DNA from: Albugo candida
Lineage: Eukaryota
DNA length: 64,000 nucleotides
Reading direction: 5' to 3'
Assembly (NCBI GenBank): GCA_040437565.1
Contig: JBDOQK010000037.1
Location: 62,001 to 126,000 of the forward strand
Part shown: positions 49,199-62,979 of the stretch, in pieces
Position numbering within the stretch: the stretch's first letter is position 1
How the letters are laid out: each line of letters opens with the position of its first letter
Made by a program: the position numbers and the translations under genes
Notes under the pieces: model-generated
What the model saw: the letters and a program-made list of their open reading frames with translations, nothing else
Database searches by the model: none
What the model was told of the DNA's origin: nothing

Positions 49199-51304
49199 AT
49201 GCTTCTCGGCACAAAGCTTTTAATATGCAGATTGGTAGCCCATTTGTGCTCTCTCCACCTCACCGCCTTTGTCATGCTTCGACATTTCATCCAAAGCACG
49301 CGACAAGCGCGAGGTTTGGAGTCCATAACCATCGATTTCGACTCGGAACACGAGAAAGCCTCAGAGGATGTCGAGGCCTTTGAGAATGATATTATTCTCA
49401 CCGAACCACTGGAGAAATACAAAAGCGGATCGCCTTCCGTGCACCATAAACAGCCTACTTGCTCGACGACGAGGATCCTACGGGCTTTCTGGTGCTCTGA
49501 ATTCTTATTTTCCTTCTTTGGAATCGTTTGCACAGCATTAGCGATATCGAAAGAAGCGATCGTAATGTCATTCACAGATATTCTCTTCACTGCAATTCCG
49601 CATTTTTCATTCAAAATCGCATCGTTCTACTGGATGGGCGTCCTCTCTGTCTACGCAACGACACATAAGCGTGCAAAATTAAATGTGAACGTTTGCCACG
49701 CACTTATTTGGTTTCTATTGTTTTTGTATTGGCTTTTGCTTTTGCTCGCGAAACAACAGCCCGACAGTTGGATTTTATTGTACTCGAGTTTGATATGGAA
49801 AGCAGTAGCAGCGGCTGATTTCGCGGTCATATTTCTGTGCTGGGTCGTCTATGTCGCCCGAAAGCGTCAAACAACGACAGTGAGCCAATTTGTGGTGTCG
49901 AAATTCGGAGCGTATACGATCTGTTTCTTCTGTTTTGTATCGCCAAACATCTTTTACGAATACATTTATGGAACACAACAGCAGCCAACTGTCATTCATA
50001 TGATTTTCGCCGTCATTTTTCAGCTTTGGCCCGGAGCGAATGCGATCATAGCGATGCAGAAATTCACTTGTTGCTCGTGTTTTGTTCGAGAACCGTTGGA
50101 ATCAGCAGCGTATGCACGTGCAGAGTCACGGAAGGGAATCGATGAGATGATGTCGAATTGTCCTCTGCACGAGCTTAAAGGATTGGAAATTGGTGAGAAA
50201 ATCGGCGAAGGAGTTGCAGTTGTTTTTTTAGGAAAATGGAGAGGAGTGTTTGTCGCTGTGAAAATGAAAATGCTTATGCTCGATTCATCCGAACAACTCG
50301 CTGGTATTCAGTCTGCGTGCAATGCAGAAATCCAGCAGGAAGCTCAAGTCATGAAAGGCCTGAGTCATCCCAATATCGTTCTCTTCATGGAAGCGGGTTT
50401 CTATCGAGGAGCGATTTGCATCATTAGCGAGTATTGTGCGCGTGGATCCTTACGCGATGTGCTTACGACAATGAAAGGGAAGCAGTTTAGCTGGCCGACA
50501 AAGATTCGACTCGCTCTTGGAATCGCACATGGAATGCAATATCTCCACAATGCGAATCCTCCGATGATTCATCGCGATCTCAAAAGCCCCAATGTGCTGG
50601 TGAATGAGTCGTGGCATGCGAAAGTCGCTGATTTTGGGACATTAAAGTTCTCAGAGATCGTTTCCAACGTCAAATGTTTGACGAATTCGATACAATGCAA
50701 CACAGAAGCGAATCTCATGACAGGATTAGTCGGAACAACGCGATGGATGGCGCCAGAAGTCATTTGCGGGAAGAAAGCGTACACGAGCAAAGTCGATATT
50801 TACAGTTTGGGGCTCATTTTGTGGGAATTGATTGATGGACAATTACCTTTCGAGCACATTCGATGGAATTTTGAGATTGAGAAATCGGTCTTACAGGGCT
50901 CACGGCCTCTCATCAGCATAGAGCGATGTCCTGCCGCATGGAGACTTTTAATCATTTCGTGCTGGCAAACTGAACCCGAGCATCGACCCACAATCCAGCG
51001 AGTTATTCGAAAGCTTCAGTGTATCGCTCGTGATGACGCGTATGTGGATGGGAATTCCGAGGATGAATCGCTCTCTCTCCAAACGTTATCGGAACAATGT
51101 ATCTTCCGTCAATCCTTCAATCCATTTGCGTCCTCGACAACGAGCTGTAGTTCCTCGTTCTTTTCCAAATCATCCAAAGTAGTATCTCGACGACGACCCG
51201 ATGAGCTCGAGAATGGCGATACGGATATCCTGAAAACAGTAGCGAAATCGAAATCACCACAAGTGATTCACGCGTTGCTGGAAAGAGAATCGTTTGAGCG
51301 ATAG
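49199..51304 (+). CDS. 7TM (GPCR-like) domain fused to a TKL protein kinase
   Basis: About seven hydrophobic segments in the N-terminal ~290 aa, followed by VAVK, HRDLKSPN, DFG, GTTRWMAPE and DIYSLG. Confidence 0.85.
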   Translation: MLLGTKLLICRLVAHLCSLHLTAFVMLRHFIQSTRQARGLESITIDFDSEHEKASEDVEAFENDIILTEPLEKYKSGSPSVHHKQPTCSTTRILRAFWCSEFLFSFFGIVCTALAISKEAIVMSFTDILFTAIPHFSFKIASFYWMGVLSVYATTHKRAKLNVNVCHALIWFLLFLYWLLLLLAKQQPDSWILLYSSLIWKAVAAADFAVIFLCWVVYVARKRQTTTVSQFVVSKFGAYTICFFCFVSPNIFYEYIYGTQQQPTVIHMIFAVIFQLWPGANAIIAMQKFTCCSCFVREPLESAAYARAESRKGIDEMMSNCPLHELKGLEIGEKIGEGVAVVFLGKWRGVFVAVKMKMLMLDSSEQLAGIQSACNAEIQQEAQVMKGLSHPNIVLFMEAGFYRGAICIISEYCARGSLRDVLTTMKGKQFSWPTKIRLALGIAHGMQYLHNANPPMIHRDLKSPNVLVNESWHAKVADFGTLKFSEIVSNVKCLTNSIQCNTEANLMTGLVGTTRWMAPEVICGKKAYTSKVDIYSLGLILWELIDGQLPFEHIRWNFEIEKSVLQGSRPLISIERCPAAWRLLIISCWQTEPEHRPTIQRVIRKLQCIARDDAYVDGNSEDESLSLQTLSEQCIFRQSFNPFASSTTSCSSSFFSKSSKVVSRRRPDELENGDTDILKTVAKSKSPQVIHALLERESFER

Positions 51305-51352
51305 AGAGCAAATGACACGGAGTCTTTTTGTCAGCAAAATATAAAGTTTGCT

Positions 51353-53091
51353 TCAGAAAAGCATCCCATTTTCGGCTCCCCATTTCTTCATAATTCGAAC
51401 AATGTACTCGACCTGCGGATTGTTATTGGACTTGAGAATCGTCAATGCTTCTTCGAGATCTGTTTTCCCGGCTTTTCCAGCGACCACACGTTGAAAGATG
51501 CCAACACACGCACCTCGTTTGCCTTCCCAGTACTCTGGATCCGGATCTAAACGCTCTAGCACTTGGAAAGCCTTGGCCGCATACAGAAACTCACCGATTT
51601 TGTAGCAATCTTGCGCTATCAGTTGTACGATATTGAATGAATCATCGGCATTTTCGAGCTTCAGGTAGAGCGCCCAGGCCGCCGATGGAGTATGATTGAG
51701 AATGTAACAACGACAAAGCCAACTGATGTAGCCGTACTCTTGACGATACGCTTCTCCTTGCACGCGTAACAACGTATCGAGGGCTTCCTGGTAGCTTCCC
51801 GTATGACAAAGCGAAATTCCGAAATTCCAATTGAATTCGTCTTCGTTGTACATGTACTGCTTGATGGAATTGAGATAAATGTTGACATCATCGAATTGCT
51901 GGAGCAAGTAGAAGCATGAAGCCATACACTGACGACCTGGAATGGTATCACATTCTGTCGGAGACGATCCAACGAGCTGGAAGTATTGCTGAGCAGTTTT
52001 AATTTGTTGCCTGGAAGACCTCATTTGACCCAATGTGGCAAACACAACGCCTTTGAGAATGTATTCCTGCGGTGTGGAAGGTTCGAGGTCCTTGATGAGG
52101 TCGTAGGCGTCCTTGACATTGCCTTGTTTCAAGTGGTAAATGACCAGATTCATCCTCGCTTCCGGAAGCGAATCGACTAATTGTGGAAGAATGCGTAAAG
52201 CATGCGCGCCGTCGTCAAAAACGACCATATTGTGGCTCACGAGATCATTCGATTCGATGTTGTATCCTTTGTCTGTGAGCGATTGGATCTCATCTTTGGC
52301 TGCAGCACCGTTGTATAGCTTGAATTGATTGCAAGCCTTCACATTGATGGCAACGACACTATCGGGAAATGCCTGCAGATACGCTTGCATGATCTCCAGA
52401 GATACGTCGTAATAGTCCAATTTGTAGTAACACATGGCCACGTACACATTCAGCGCCAAGTCGTCTCGATTCTCAAGCAGCAGGCGTTTGTAAATGTCAG
52501 TGGCTTCTTGGTAATGATTGCGAAAGAAATGCATCGCTGCAAGTGAGAGTTGGTCTTCTTTGACGTCTGTGAGCTGTTGGTGATATACGAGCAATTTATC
52601 TTCATCACTGAGTTTATGAGCGCAATGGAACAGGATTCGGTTTTGAAGGGGGCCTACGGGTCCCTGCACAGCTTCTTTGATGGCTTGTTTGTATTGTTGG
52701 AGGAAATAGAGACAGCAAGCGCGATAGAGAGAGAGATTGGGGCAATCGTATGTCTGTGGAAGGCGATGATACCAATCCAAAGCCTGCTGATAATTGCCCA
52801 AATGGAAGTACGCGTACGCGAGCCATTCCGAATGGATTGCGGTGTCGGTGGGAGTGTCGTTTGGACTGCTTTTTCGGGATAATACGTCCTCGCTTTTCAA
52901 TTGGAATTCGAGAATTGCGATCATTCCGGTGAAGTCGCGTTTGGAAGCGCATTCGATGATGGAAGGACCGGATTTCGCTTTGGTTTTGGAGGGAGGGTCA
53001 TGTTTCTAGGAGGATGGGATGAGGGTGGAGAGATGTGGGTGGTGTGGCGTACCTTGGCGCGTGCATGCTGCTTGGGCTTGGCTACGTACAT
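51353..53091 (-). CDS. IFT56: Intraflagellar transport protein 56 (TTC26/DYF-13), one 5' intron
   Basis: RDFTGMIAILEF, HYQEATDIYKRLL, CYYKLDYYDVS, ECDTIPGRQCMAS, EYWEGKRGACVG and NPQVEYIVRIMKKW. Confidence 0.95.
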
Positions 53092-53131
53092 GAAGGCGGA
53101 TGGGAATGATGTGTCCTTTCAAGATCGTGGT

Positions 53132-53390
53132 ATTGGTGTGTGATTGGATAAATATAGGGATTGGATAAATGTAGGGATTTGATGAATTGGGNNNNNNNNN
53201 NNNNNNNNNNNNNNNNNNNNNNNNNNNNNNNNNNNNNNNNNNNNNNNNNNNNNNNNNNNNNNNNNNNNNNNNNNNNNNNNNNNNNNNNNNNATTGGTGTG
53301 TGATTGGATAAATATAGGGATTGGATAAATGTAGGGATTTGATGAATTGGGATTGGATAAATGTGGTGCTTTGATAGAATGTGATTGGTA
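53132..53390. promoter_or_regulatory. Tandem GATTGGATAAAT repeats (CCAAT-box array) in the divergent IFT56/acyltransferase spacer
   Basis: Repeated (T/G)GATTGGATAAAT units; part of the array (53132-53191) is duplicated across the gap. Confidence 0.45.
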
Positions 53391-53594
53391 GCTGAGATTG
53401 TGCGGCAGAATGCGAAAATGAGAACGAGAGAAGCGATTGTGACGATGGGAATTGATTCTACGTGCTGTATTTATGGTTATTGACTGTGCGCAATCGCCGA
53501 CTTGCTCGTTTTTACTTTGAGAGGCATATACATGTATACTGTACGTATACTGGTGCATAAGGGCGCTGTATTAGGTATGCTACGATAATCTGCA

Positions 53595-55171
53595 ATGCAC
53601 GTGATTTCTGCAGCTTTATTACGTCGTCAAAGATTTGCTGCATCTGAACGCTTTTACACGTCTGCTACTCGATATCCTCCGCAGCGAAACAAGCACAAAT
53701 CACAGCTTCATGCTCCTCTTGTGTTACAAGATGGGAATCGTTTGGAGAAAATCGATATTGAATGGGAACAATGGGTTAGTGCCAAGACTCGGGCCATATA
53801 CTCTACTCGGATTCATTTGATAGGGAGACGCTAGACTTCCTGGCAATCGTACAGTCTTATTGCTTCCTTCGTTCTCACACAGCAGTCATGCAGCATCCAA
53901 CCTGGATGATCCTAGACCAGGGTGGTGGCAACATTTGTTGGGGCCTAATTTAGGCATCAATACATCTTGCTTTCGAGTGATTTGTCCCTCAGTACTTGGA
54001 AGTCCTTTTGGGACAACGTCACCACTCTCAATTGACCCGAACACAGGTCCCTTTTCTCTTAAAAGCGTAGCAATACCGTACACATACAATTTGTATGGCA
54101 TTCAGGAAAACCGTACCGAGCAACATTTCCACAAATCACACCCGCAGATATGGTCGTTCTGTGACGGTGGACAGCTGTAGGGATCTAACAGTTAACGTGT
54201 TAGGCTGTTTGCCACGCTCGTCTACTTGACGAGTTGGAGATTGAACAAGTGCATGCAGTAATAGGTGGAAGCATGGGTGGAATGCAGGTCAGTCTCAAAC
54301 AAGCTTGTTCACTTGATACTGCCCTCACTATGTCAAAGGCTTTGGAATTTGCTGCTCAATTTCCTCACAGATTAAATCGACTTGTAGCAATTTCATGTAC
54401 CCCGCAAACAACACCAGGAACCGTAGCGTTGCGTCACATTCAACGGCACGCAATTTTGGCTGATGCTGCGTACAACAATGGTGAGTATAAAGCGGGTAGC
54501 GTCTTGGCGGGTATGAAACTCGCCAGAGAGCTCGGAATGGCTTGTTATCGATCACGAGAGGAGTTTGACGCAAGATTTCAATGGCAACCGACCGGCCCGA
54601 CCCATTTTACTGCCCAAACGTTTGATGTGGAATCGTACATGGACTATCAGGTACGTTTGGTTGGTGTACTAAATGTACTGATAACTACGAATATAGGCTA
54701 CCAAATTTGCTCGTTATTATGATCCGAATTGCTATCTCCTGCTTTCGAAAGCGATGGATCTGATGAATTTAGGTCACGGGTACTCATATCTGGCTCAAGG
54801 TGTGAGCCGAATCGAGTGTGACTCGCTTATCATCGGAGTCAAGCAAGATCAACTCATTCCCTGCAAAGAGCAAGCAACAATTGTAAGTCAAAGCGGTAGG
54901 TATGGCTTGTGCCTAAGTGCGTTTTTAGGTGGATATACTGCAATCACACGGCCGTAAATCCGAATTCGTGACGGTTGGTTCTATTTTCGGACACGATGCG
55001 ATGTTTCATGCACAGGTTTCGTACACTACGAATACTTACTTACCAGGACCAGTTGTTACTTATTATGTGCAGACGCAAAAGGACGTGTTTTTAGGGTTGG
55101 TGCGTGAGTTCGTCGAGTCTACACTAGAGGAAATGCTGTTACATGAAGTGCATCGCTACTCCACACTATAA
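53595..55171 (+). CDS. MetX-family alpha/beta hydrolase (homoserine O-acetyltransferase / Cys2-type serine O-acyltransferase), multi-exon, probably mitochondrial
   Basis: SSHAAS..PGWWQ, GGSMGGMQ nucleophile motif, GMKLARE..YRS, KAMDL, DQLIP and FGHDA. Confidence 0.88.
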
Positions 55172-55722
55172 TATACACAAGCACCTTGTTGCGTAATCAA
55201 CAAATATCCACTGAATGCAATGATGAGTGTTTACTCATACTAAATATCCGTTCTACTTGCGTGTTCGCTATTCTTTTCCCGGATAGTTTCTACATTACTA
55301 GCTGCTACATATCCGGGACACATTTCTTGAACCGTACAGAAGTTAGTGCTACGTTACTTGCGCTGCTAAAAGAGTATCTAATTTATCTAATTATACGCAG
55401 CTGATATTCATCGAATGAGTGGTTGTGACTTGTTCAGCCACTAAGTCATTTTTCAAATTTGGCCATTTTGGAGGCTAGGGTACACAACTATCCAGGTCAC
55501 TGCTGGCTCTCTTACCTCACTGAACCCGCTCTTAGGTGAACAAACCACCAATAAGAGTCAGCATTGGAAAAAGTGAATCGACCCTTATGATCTTTTTATA
55601 TTCAACTGAAAGACGAGACATGTCGTGTATGCAACCGTGCGAAAGAAAATTTAGGGGAAACTTATCAATAGGGTTCAATGTCATATTCAGCTTTACCTCA
55701 TCGTACTCTTTCACATTGCAAG

Positions 55723-56685
55723 ATGGTTGTAGTGGTCAGTACACTTTCCTGTGTTGAAAATCCAACGTGCAAGCGAGGAACAAAGAAGCGGCGACGGTGT
55801 GACATACCGGTGGAAGTCAATAAACGTATCAGTTTACCGGTGGAACTTATGCCAACCAGCATTCCGGTTGAGGAAGTTACGTTGGAAAACTGCATTCAAA
55901 TGAAGGTTGCAGATTCAACGGAACATGTCGCCAATGATGGATGCATTACTGGAATTGAAGCGTCTGATGCCTTACGACACAATCTCTCAGGTCTCGCACT
56001 CCAAATCAAGCTGAAAATGTGTATTATCGAAGCGTGGGCATCCAATTGGAACTCGGTTGTGATGGAAAGAAATCTTCTTACAGTGGCAAAAGAATTAGCA
56101 GCGTTGAAATCGCTCGGCTTATATAAGGAGAAAGTATGTTTACGATTCCTTAACATACTTAAAACTAGGATGGTGGAGTTACTGGAGCAAGCAAACCGTC
56201 CACATGAATCGATAACCGTCGATTTGACCAAGTTGTGGCAGCTCGCTCAAGTTCAAGTGCACGAAAACGCAAACAAAAAAGATGTAAAGTCCGACTTTTT
56301 AAGGCTTCCAGGCTATGAGAGCTCTATACGCGATGCCTCTGTGGTATGGCAAGCAATGACGATGGCAAGAGACCGCGGTGCGCAGCTTTGGCATGATAAT
56401 AAGCACGAGCAAGCATTGGCTTTTTTGGTCACGGCGGACTCGTACATGAAACGATTTTCTGTTAAATATGAGCGAATCAAAGTCGATGAAGCAATGTTTG
56501 CAATGTTGCAAGAACCTAAACGAAGAAATGCTTCAACGCGTAATGTTCGGTTTGCCGCTACGGAAAGTATTATTGGAACAGCCGATCCTACATTTGATCG
56601 ATCTCCTATTTGCCCGAGCAAACCCTCGCGATTAGAGTCGCTACTTTTACGCACATCCAGAGAATTTCCGGCGCCAGTTTTTTAG
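55723..56685 (+). CDS. Hypothetical protein (single exon; TPR-like helices, C-terminal VRF motif)
   Basis: Uninterrupted ~320-codon ORF between known genes; no family recognised. Confidence 0.65.
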   Translation: MVVVVSTLSCVENPTCKRGTKKRRRCDIPVEVNKRISLPVELMPTSIPVEEVTLENCIQMKVADSTEHVANDGCITGIEASDALRHNLSGLALQIKLKMCIIEAWASNWNSVVMERNLLTVAKELAALKSLGLYKEKVCLRFLNILKTRMVELLEQANRPHESITVDLTKLWQLAQVQVHENANKKDVKSDFLRLPGYESSIRDASVVWQAMTMARDRGAQLWHDNKHEQALAFLVTADSYMKRFSVKYERIKVDEAMFAMLQEPKRRNASTRNVRFAATESIIGTADPTFDRSPICPSKPSRLESLLLRTSREFPAPVF

Positions 56686-56744
56686 ACTGAATTATAAAAG
56701 AAAGCCAATTTAAATTTTTTACGAAATTTTCGTGCGTTCTTAAG

Positions 56745-59094
<2,350 letters not shown>

Positions 59095-59596
59095 ATTTGT
59101 GATATATTGATTCAAGAAATATGCGTGTACTAGGAATACTAAGTCGCAAGTTGCGTCGATAAATTCGCCTTGCCAGAACGTTCACATATAGAAACGGAAA
59201 GAAAACTTTTGCGCACCTAGCAGGTTATACGTGGACAGTAAGTGTGTTTTCATTGACCGAACCTAAGGTGAAGAAGGCTGCGTTCCTAATAACCTAGGCC
59301 CTTGCGAATGAGTGCACGGCTAATCATGTCGCGATACCGCAGCTCATATCGCTCTATCTCCCTACCGCTTCTCTCAGTAAACACACATGCGCAGTTCACT
59401 TCAAATTACACGAATTCTCATACAAATTAATTTGTACACGACTCCTGATCCCATATGAAAGAAACGTCGTTTGTAATGCGCGAAATATCGGGCAGATAAC
59501 CGGATTCGAGCACTCAAGTCTGAATATATTCTTCGAAGCACATTCATAATTCAATTAGTTACTATTTCATATTTCGTCTGGCCCACACAAGCAACA

Positions 59597-62266
59597 ATGA
59601 AAGCTCCCAAATCGCAACCACTAAAACCTTGCAGCCAACCTCCCCTTCAATCCCTTCAAGAAGTTGGTCCTCCAATGTCGCTGCGGTCGTGTGGATCCAA
59701 TATGTATGTATCCAGTTACATCGATACAAAGTCTCAGTGGCCAGCCTCTCACATGAGCAATTATATCACAGACCCGAGAGCTTATTCAAACGCAACAATT
59801 ATGGCCGAAACTTTTTCTCAGAATCAGACTGTAGAAGAGGCACTGGCTTCTCTCGAGCGCGCTGCTCACTCGCTCCGAATTCGACGATATCGTCAAGCGT
59901 TACGATTATACTTAGATGGAGGTTACGCGTTGGCAAATGTCGCAGAAAACGAGCAAGATACAAAAATACGAAACTTGCTTACTAGTAAAGCGTTCGAGAT
60001 CCTAAATTGGTGTGCTAAATTATGTGACTGGATTGAAGGTCGCGTTCCGGAACGGTTCCCGCGACCTGGAGTGCATAAAGTTGGTATTCCTGTGTTCTGG
60101 AACGCCTATTGGAGCGGTGGGAGGCTCGATGAAGAAGAAGGGTGCAGACTTTGGTATACACCGGTCCATTGCGTGGATCCGATCCACTTTACAGCGCTGG
60201 GATACCGTCTTCGATGCGTAGAAATTCAGCGAAGACCCAAGCTCATGATTTGTATCACAACCTTCAACGAAGGTCCAGCGGCCTTAAAAGCTACTTTGCA
60301 CAGTATCGGCAAGAATCTCATTTACATCAAAGATTTCAATAAGCACAATCAAGAAAAGTTACCGGTAAAAGGGTCCAACGTGGAGGACTTTTGGAAAGAT
60401 GTGATTATTTGTATCATGTTGGATGGACGGGAATCAGCCAATCCTAAAACAATTGAGTACCTTGCAAGTCTTGGCATCTACGATGAGGATATTGTGACGA
60501 TTAACAGTGCTGGATTGGATCCTCATTGTCATTTATTTGAACACACTTTGCAAATTGTTGTTGATGGTCGAAGTCTTCCACCACTTCAAACGATTTTTGC
60601 ACTGAAAGAACAGAAAACATCAAAGCTTGGGTCTCACCATTGGTTTTTCCATTCCTTTGCCGAACAGATCCAGCCTGAATTTACCTTCCTGATGGATATT
60701 GGTACTAAATTGGACGACTCGGCGCTGCACAAAATCTTATTTGCGTTTGAAGAGAATCCTCAGGTCGGAGGGGCATGTGGCCAACTAGTAGTGGACGAGC
60801 CGTACGCCGAATTCAGCAACTGGGTCGTCTCTGCGCAGCATTTCGAGTACAAAATCAACAATTTATTGGATCGTACCTTAGAGAGTTGTTTCGGTATATT
60901 GACGGTATTACCTGGAGCGTTCTCTGCATACCGATATGAAGCTATCCGAGGTGAGCCATTAGACGCATACTTTCGAACACTTCATGTGGATCTGGACGTC
61001 CTTGGTCCCTTTCTTGCCAACATGCATCTTGCTGAGGATCGTGTGTTATCATTTGAGATTGTCGCACGACGCAATTGTAATTGGACACTTCAATTCGTTC
61101 GTGACGCAATCGCACGCACTGATGTTCCCCGAAATCTGATCGATTTGATCAATCAACGCAAACGATGGACTAATGGATCATTTTTCGCAACATTGTTTAT
61201 GTTCAGCCATACTCGAAGGATCTTCACTGAATCGAATCACTCGGTACTTCGTCGATGTGGCTTTAGCATTTTCTTCTTGTATGAGCTACTGAAGACCGTC
61301 GGGTGCTTTCTTCTACCGGCTACTGTATATTTGGCCTTATTATTCCTCGTATTTCAAGGATTTCGCGATAACGAGTGGAAATTTCTGGATACTTCCGGTT
61401 TTTCGCAAAGTGTTTTGGATGGAAGCGTGTACCTCTTCAACTTGATGTTTGCGGCATGTTTATTGATGTTGGTTATCATCAGTCTTGGAAACTCGCCAAA
61501 ACACGTCAAGCTAACGTACTATTTGATATCATCGGTGTTTGGAGCAATGATGATGCTTTCTTCCTGGGTCGCGGTCGGGAATTTACTTTCTCAATCAGGC
61601 TTCCAATTGCACGCAATGATCCTCTCCCTGCTCACTGCGGGAGTTTACTACATTGGTCCAGCTATACATGGCGATTTACACACTATTTTACTCACATTTT
61701 CGCATTATGCGCTTTTGATCCCAACTTTTGTATACGTTTTGGGAATTTATGGTTTCTCTAATTTACAAGATCTGTCCTGGGGTACAAAAGGTTTAATTGC
61801 ACAACGTACTCCGTCGTATCAAGAGGAACTCAATCATTCCGAATCGAATGATTTTCGTGACGTTGTGGAGAATCGGAAAGTGTATCAAGAGCAAAAACGT
61901 GAAGCACTGGCACGTATTAAGAATCAGAGGGAACAGTACGAGGCCTTTCGAACGAGTGTATTGATTGCGTGGATCACGTGGAATGTAATTACGGCTTTGG
62001 GGGTTGTTAGGTTTGTGGACTCGGCGACGTATCTCAAATTTTTTGCGATGGCGGTGGCATTGTTGAATTCGTCACGGCTAGTAGGATCCGCGGCGTACTT
62101 GGTATACAAGTATACAGGGGGGTATCGAGCAATGTTTATCCGCAAGGAGCGAGGAAATAATGCGACGTTGAGTGGAGAAGGGATGCGTGGTTTGTATGAA
62201 GAAGAGATCAACTACACAGTTATGGAACCGGATTTGCAGTCGTCCATAGAGTCGTTTAAGCCGTAA
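59597..62266 (+). CDS. CHS: Chitin synthase with an N-terminal MIT-like domain
   Basis: CITTFNEG, DIGT, AQHFEY, VLPGAFSAYR, LAEDR, QRKRW and DLSWGTKG, plus C-terminal TM helices. MIT-like segment: YRQALRLYLDG..IRNLLTSKA. Confidence 0.95.
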   Translation: MKAPKSQPLKPCSQPPLQSLQEVGPPMSLRSCGSNMYVSSYIDTKSQWPASHMSNYITDPRAYSNATIMAETFSQNQTVEEALASLERAAHSLRIRRYRQALRLYLDGGYALANVAENEQDTKIRNLLTSKAFEILNWCAKLCDWIEGRVPERFPRPGVHKVGIPVFWNAYWSGGRLDEEEGCRLWYTPVHCVDPIHFTALGYRLRCVEIQRRPKLMICITTFNEGPAALKATLHSIGKNLIYIKDFNKHNQEKLPVKGSNVEDFWKDVIICIMLDGRESANPKTIEYLASLGIYDEDIVTINSAGLDPHCHLFEHTLQIVVDGRSLPPLQTIFALKEQKTSKLGSHHWFFHSFAEQIQPEFTFLMDIGTKLDDSALHKILFAFEENPQVGGACGQLVVDEPYAEFSNWVVSAQHFEYKINNLLDRTLESCFGILTVLPGAFSAYRYEAIRGEPLDAYFRTLHVDLDVLGPFLANMHLAEDRVLSFEIVARRNCNWTLQFVRDAIARTDVPRNLIDLINQRKRWTNGSFFATLFMFSHTRRIFTESNHSVLRRCGFSIFFLYELLKTVGCFLLPATVYLALLFLVFQGFRDNEWKFLDTSGFSQSVLDGSVYLFNLMFAACLLMLVIISLGNSPKHVKLTYYLISSVFGAMMMLSSWVAVGNLLSQSGFQLHAMILSLLTAGVYYIGPAIHGDLHTILLTFSHYALLIPTFVYVLGIYGFSNLQDLSWGTKGLIAQRTPSYQEELNHSESNDFRDVVENRKVYQEQKREALARIKNQREQYEAFRTSVLIAWITWNVITALGVVRFVDSATYLKFFAMAVALLNSSRLVGSAAYLVYKYTGGYRAMFIRKERGNNATLSGEGMRGLYEEEINYTVMEPDLQSSIESFKP

Positions 62267-62979
62267 ATTGATAGATTAGTAAACGTTGCAATTGTAGGAT
62301 CGTACGTGCGATAGTTTACGTCACTCTAACCGTTCGATAGCGTTGTTATGGTTAATATTTAGAACGTCGGTTGTGTTGTTTGGTAGACTGAAAGGAATTG
62401 AATACTGACTCTGTGGTTAGGTGCTGCAGACCCCTATCTCAAGGTACAATGTAATTACACAAATAATGGTAATAGACCCTCGATATAGTCATTTCGAACA
62501 GATGAGCATTTTGTATTCAGTGCATAGCTTATACCAAGAAAAGGTATCTGTACTCTACGTAGGACCTCATTGTCGCATCGCACCCTCGACACGATAAAAC
62601 ACAAGACGACGACGATACAAAGTATTCAGTTCAAACAGGGGATCGCGATTAGGTCATGCATCACACTCTCTCCTCCCTCGCTCCGAATCTCCCGATAACA
62701 ATCAAAGAATGTTTCTACTTTTGACCATTGGACTATTCGATAAAGGATTGTGTCTTTGTCAGGTAAATTTACTCTTCCTAAGATTTCTATCCATTTTCTT
62801 TGACGACGCGTGTCCTAACTCTTCTTATTCACATATGTTGCAGCTCTTCGACCTTTTTACCATTGTTCATTTCTACATCCGAAATGATATCGGTATCACA
62901 TACCGTTTACAATCTTTTCGATACAAAAAGCTATACAGAGAAATTGCGACATGGAACTTGCCATCAAAACGAAAATGAA

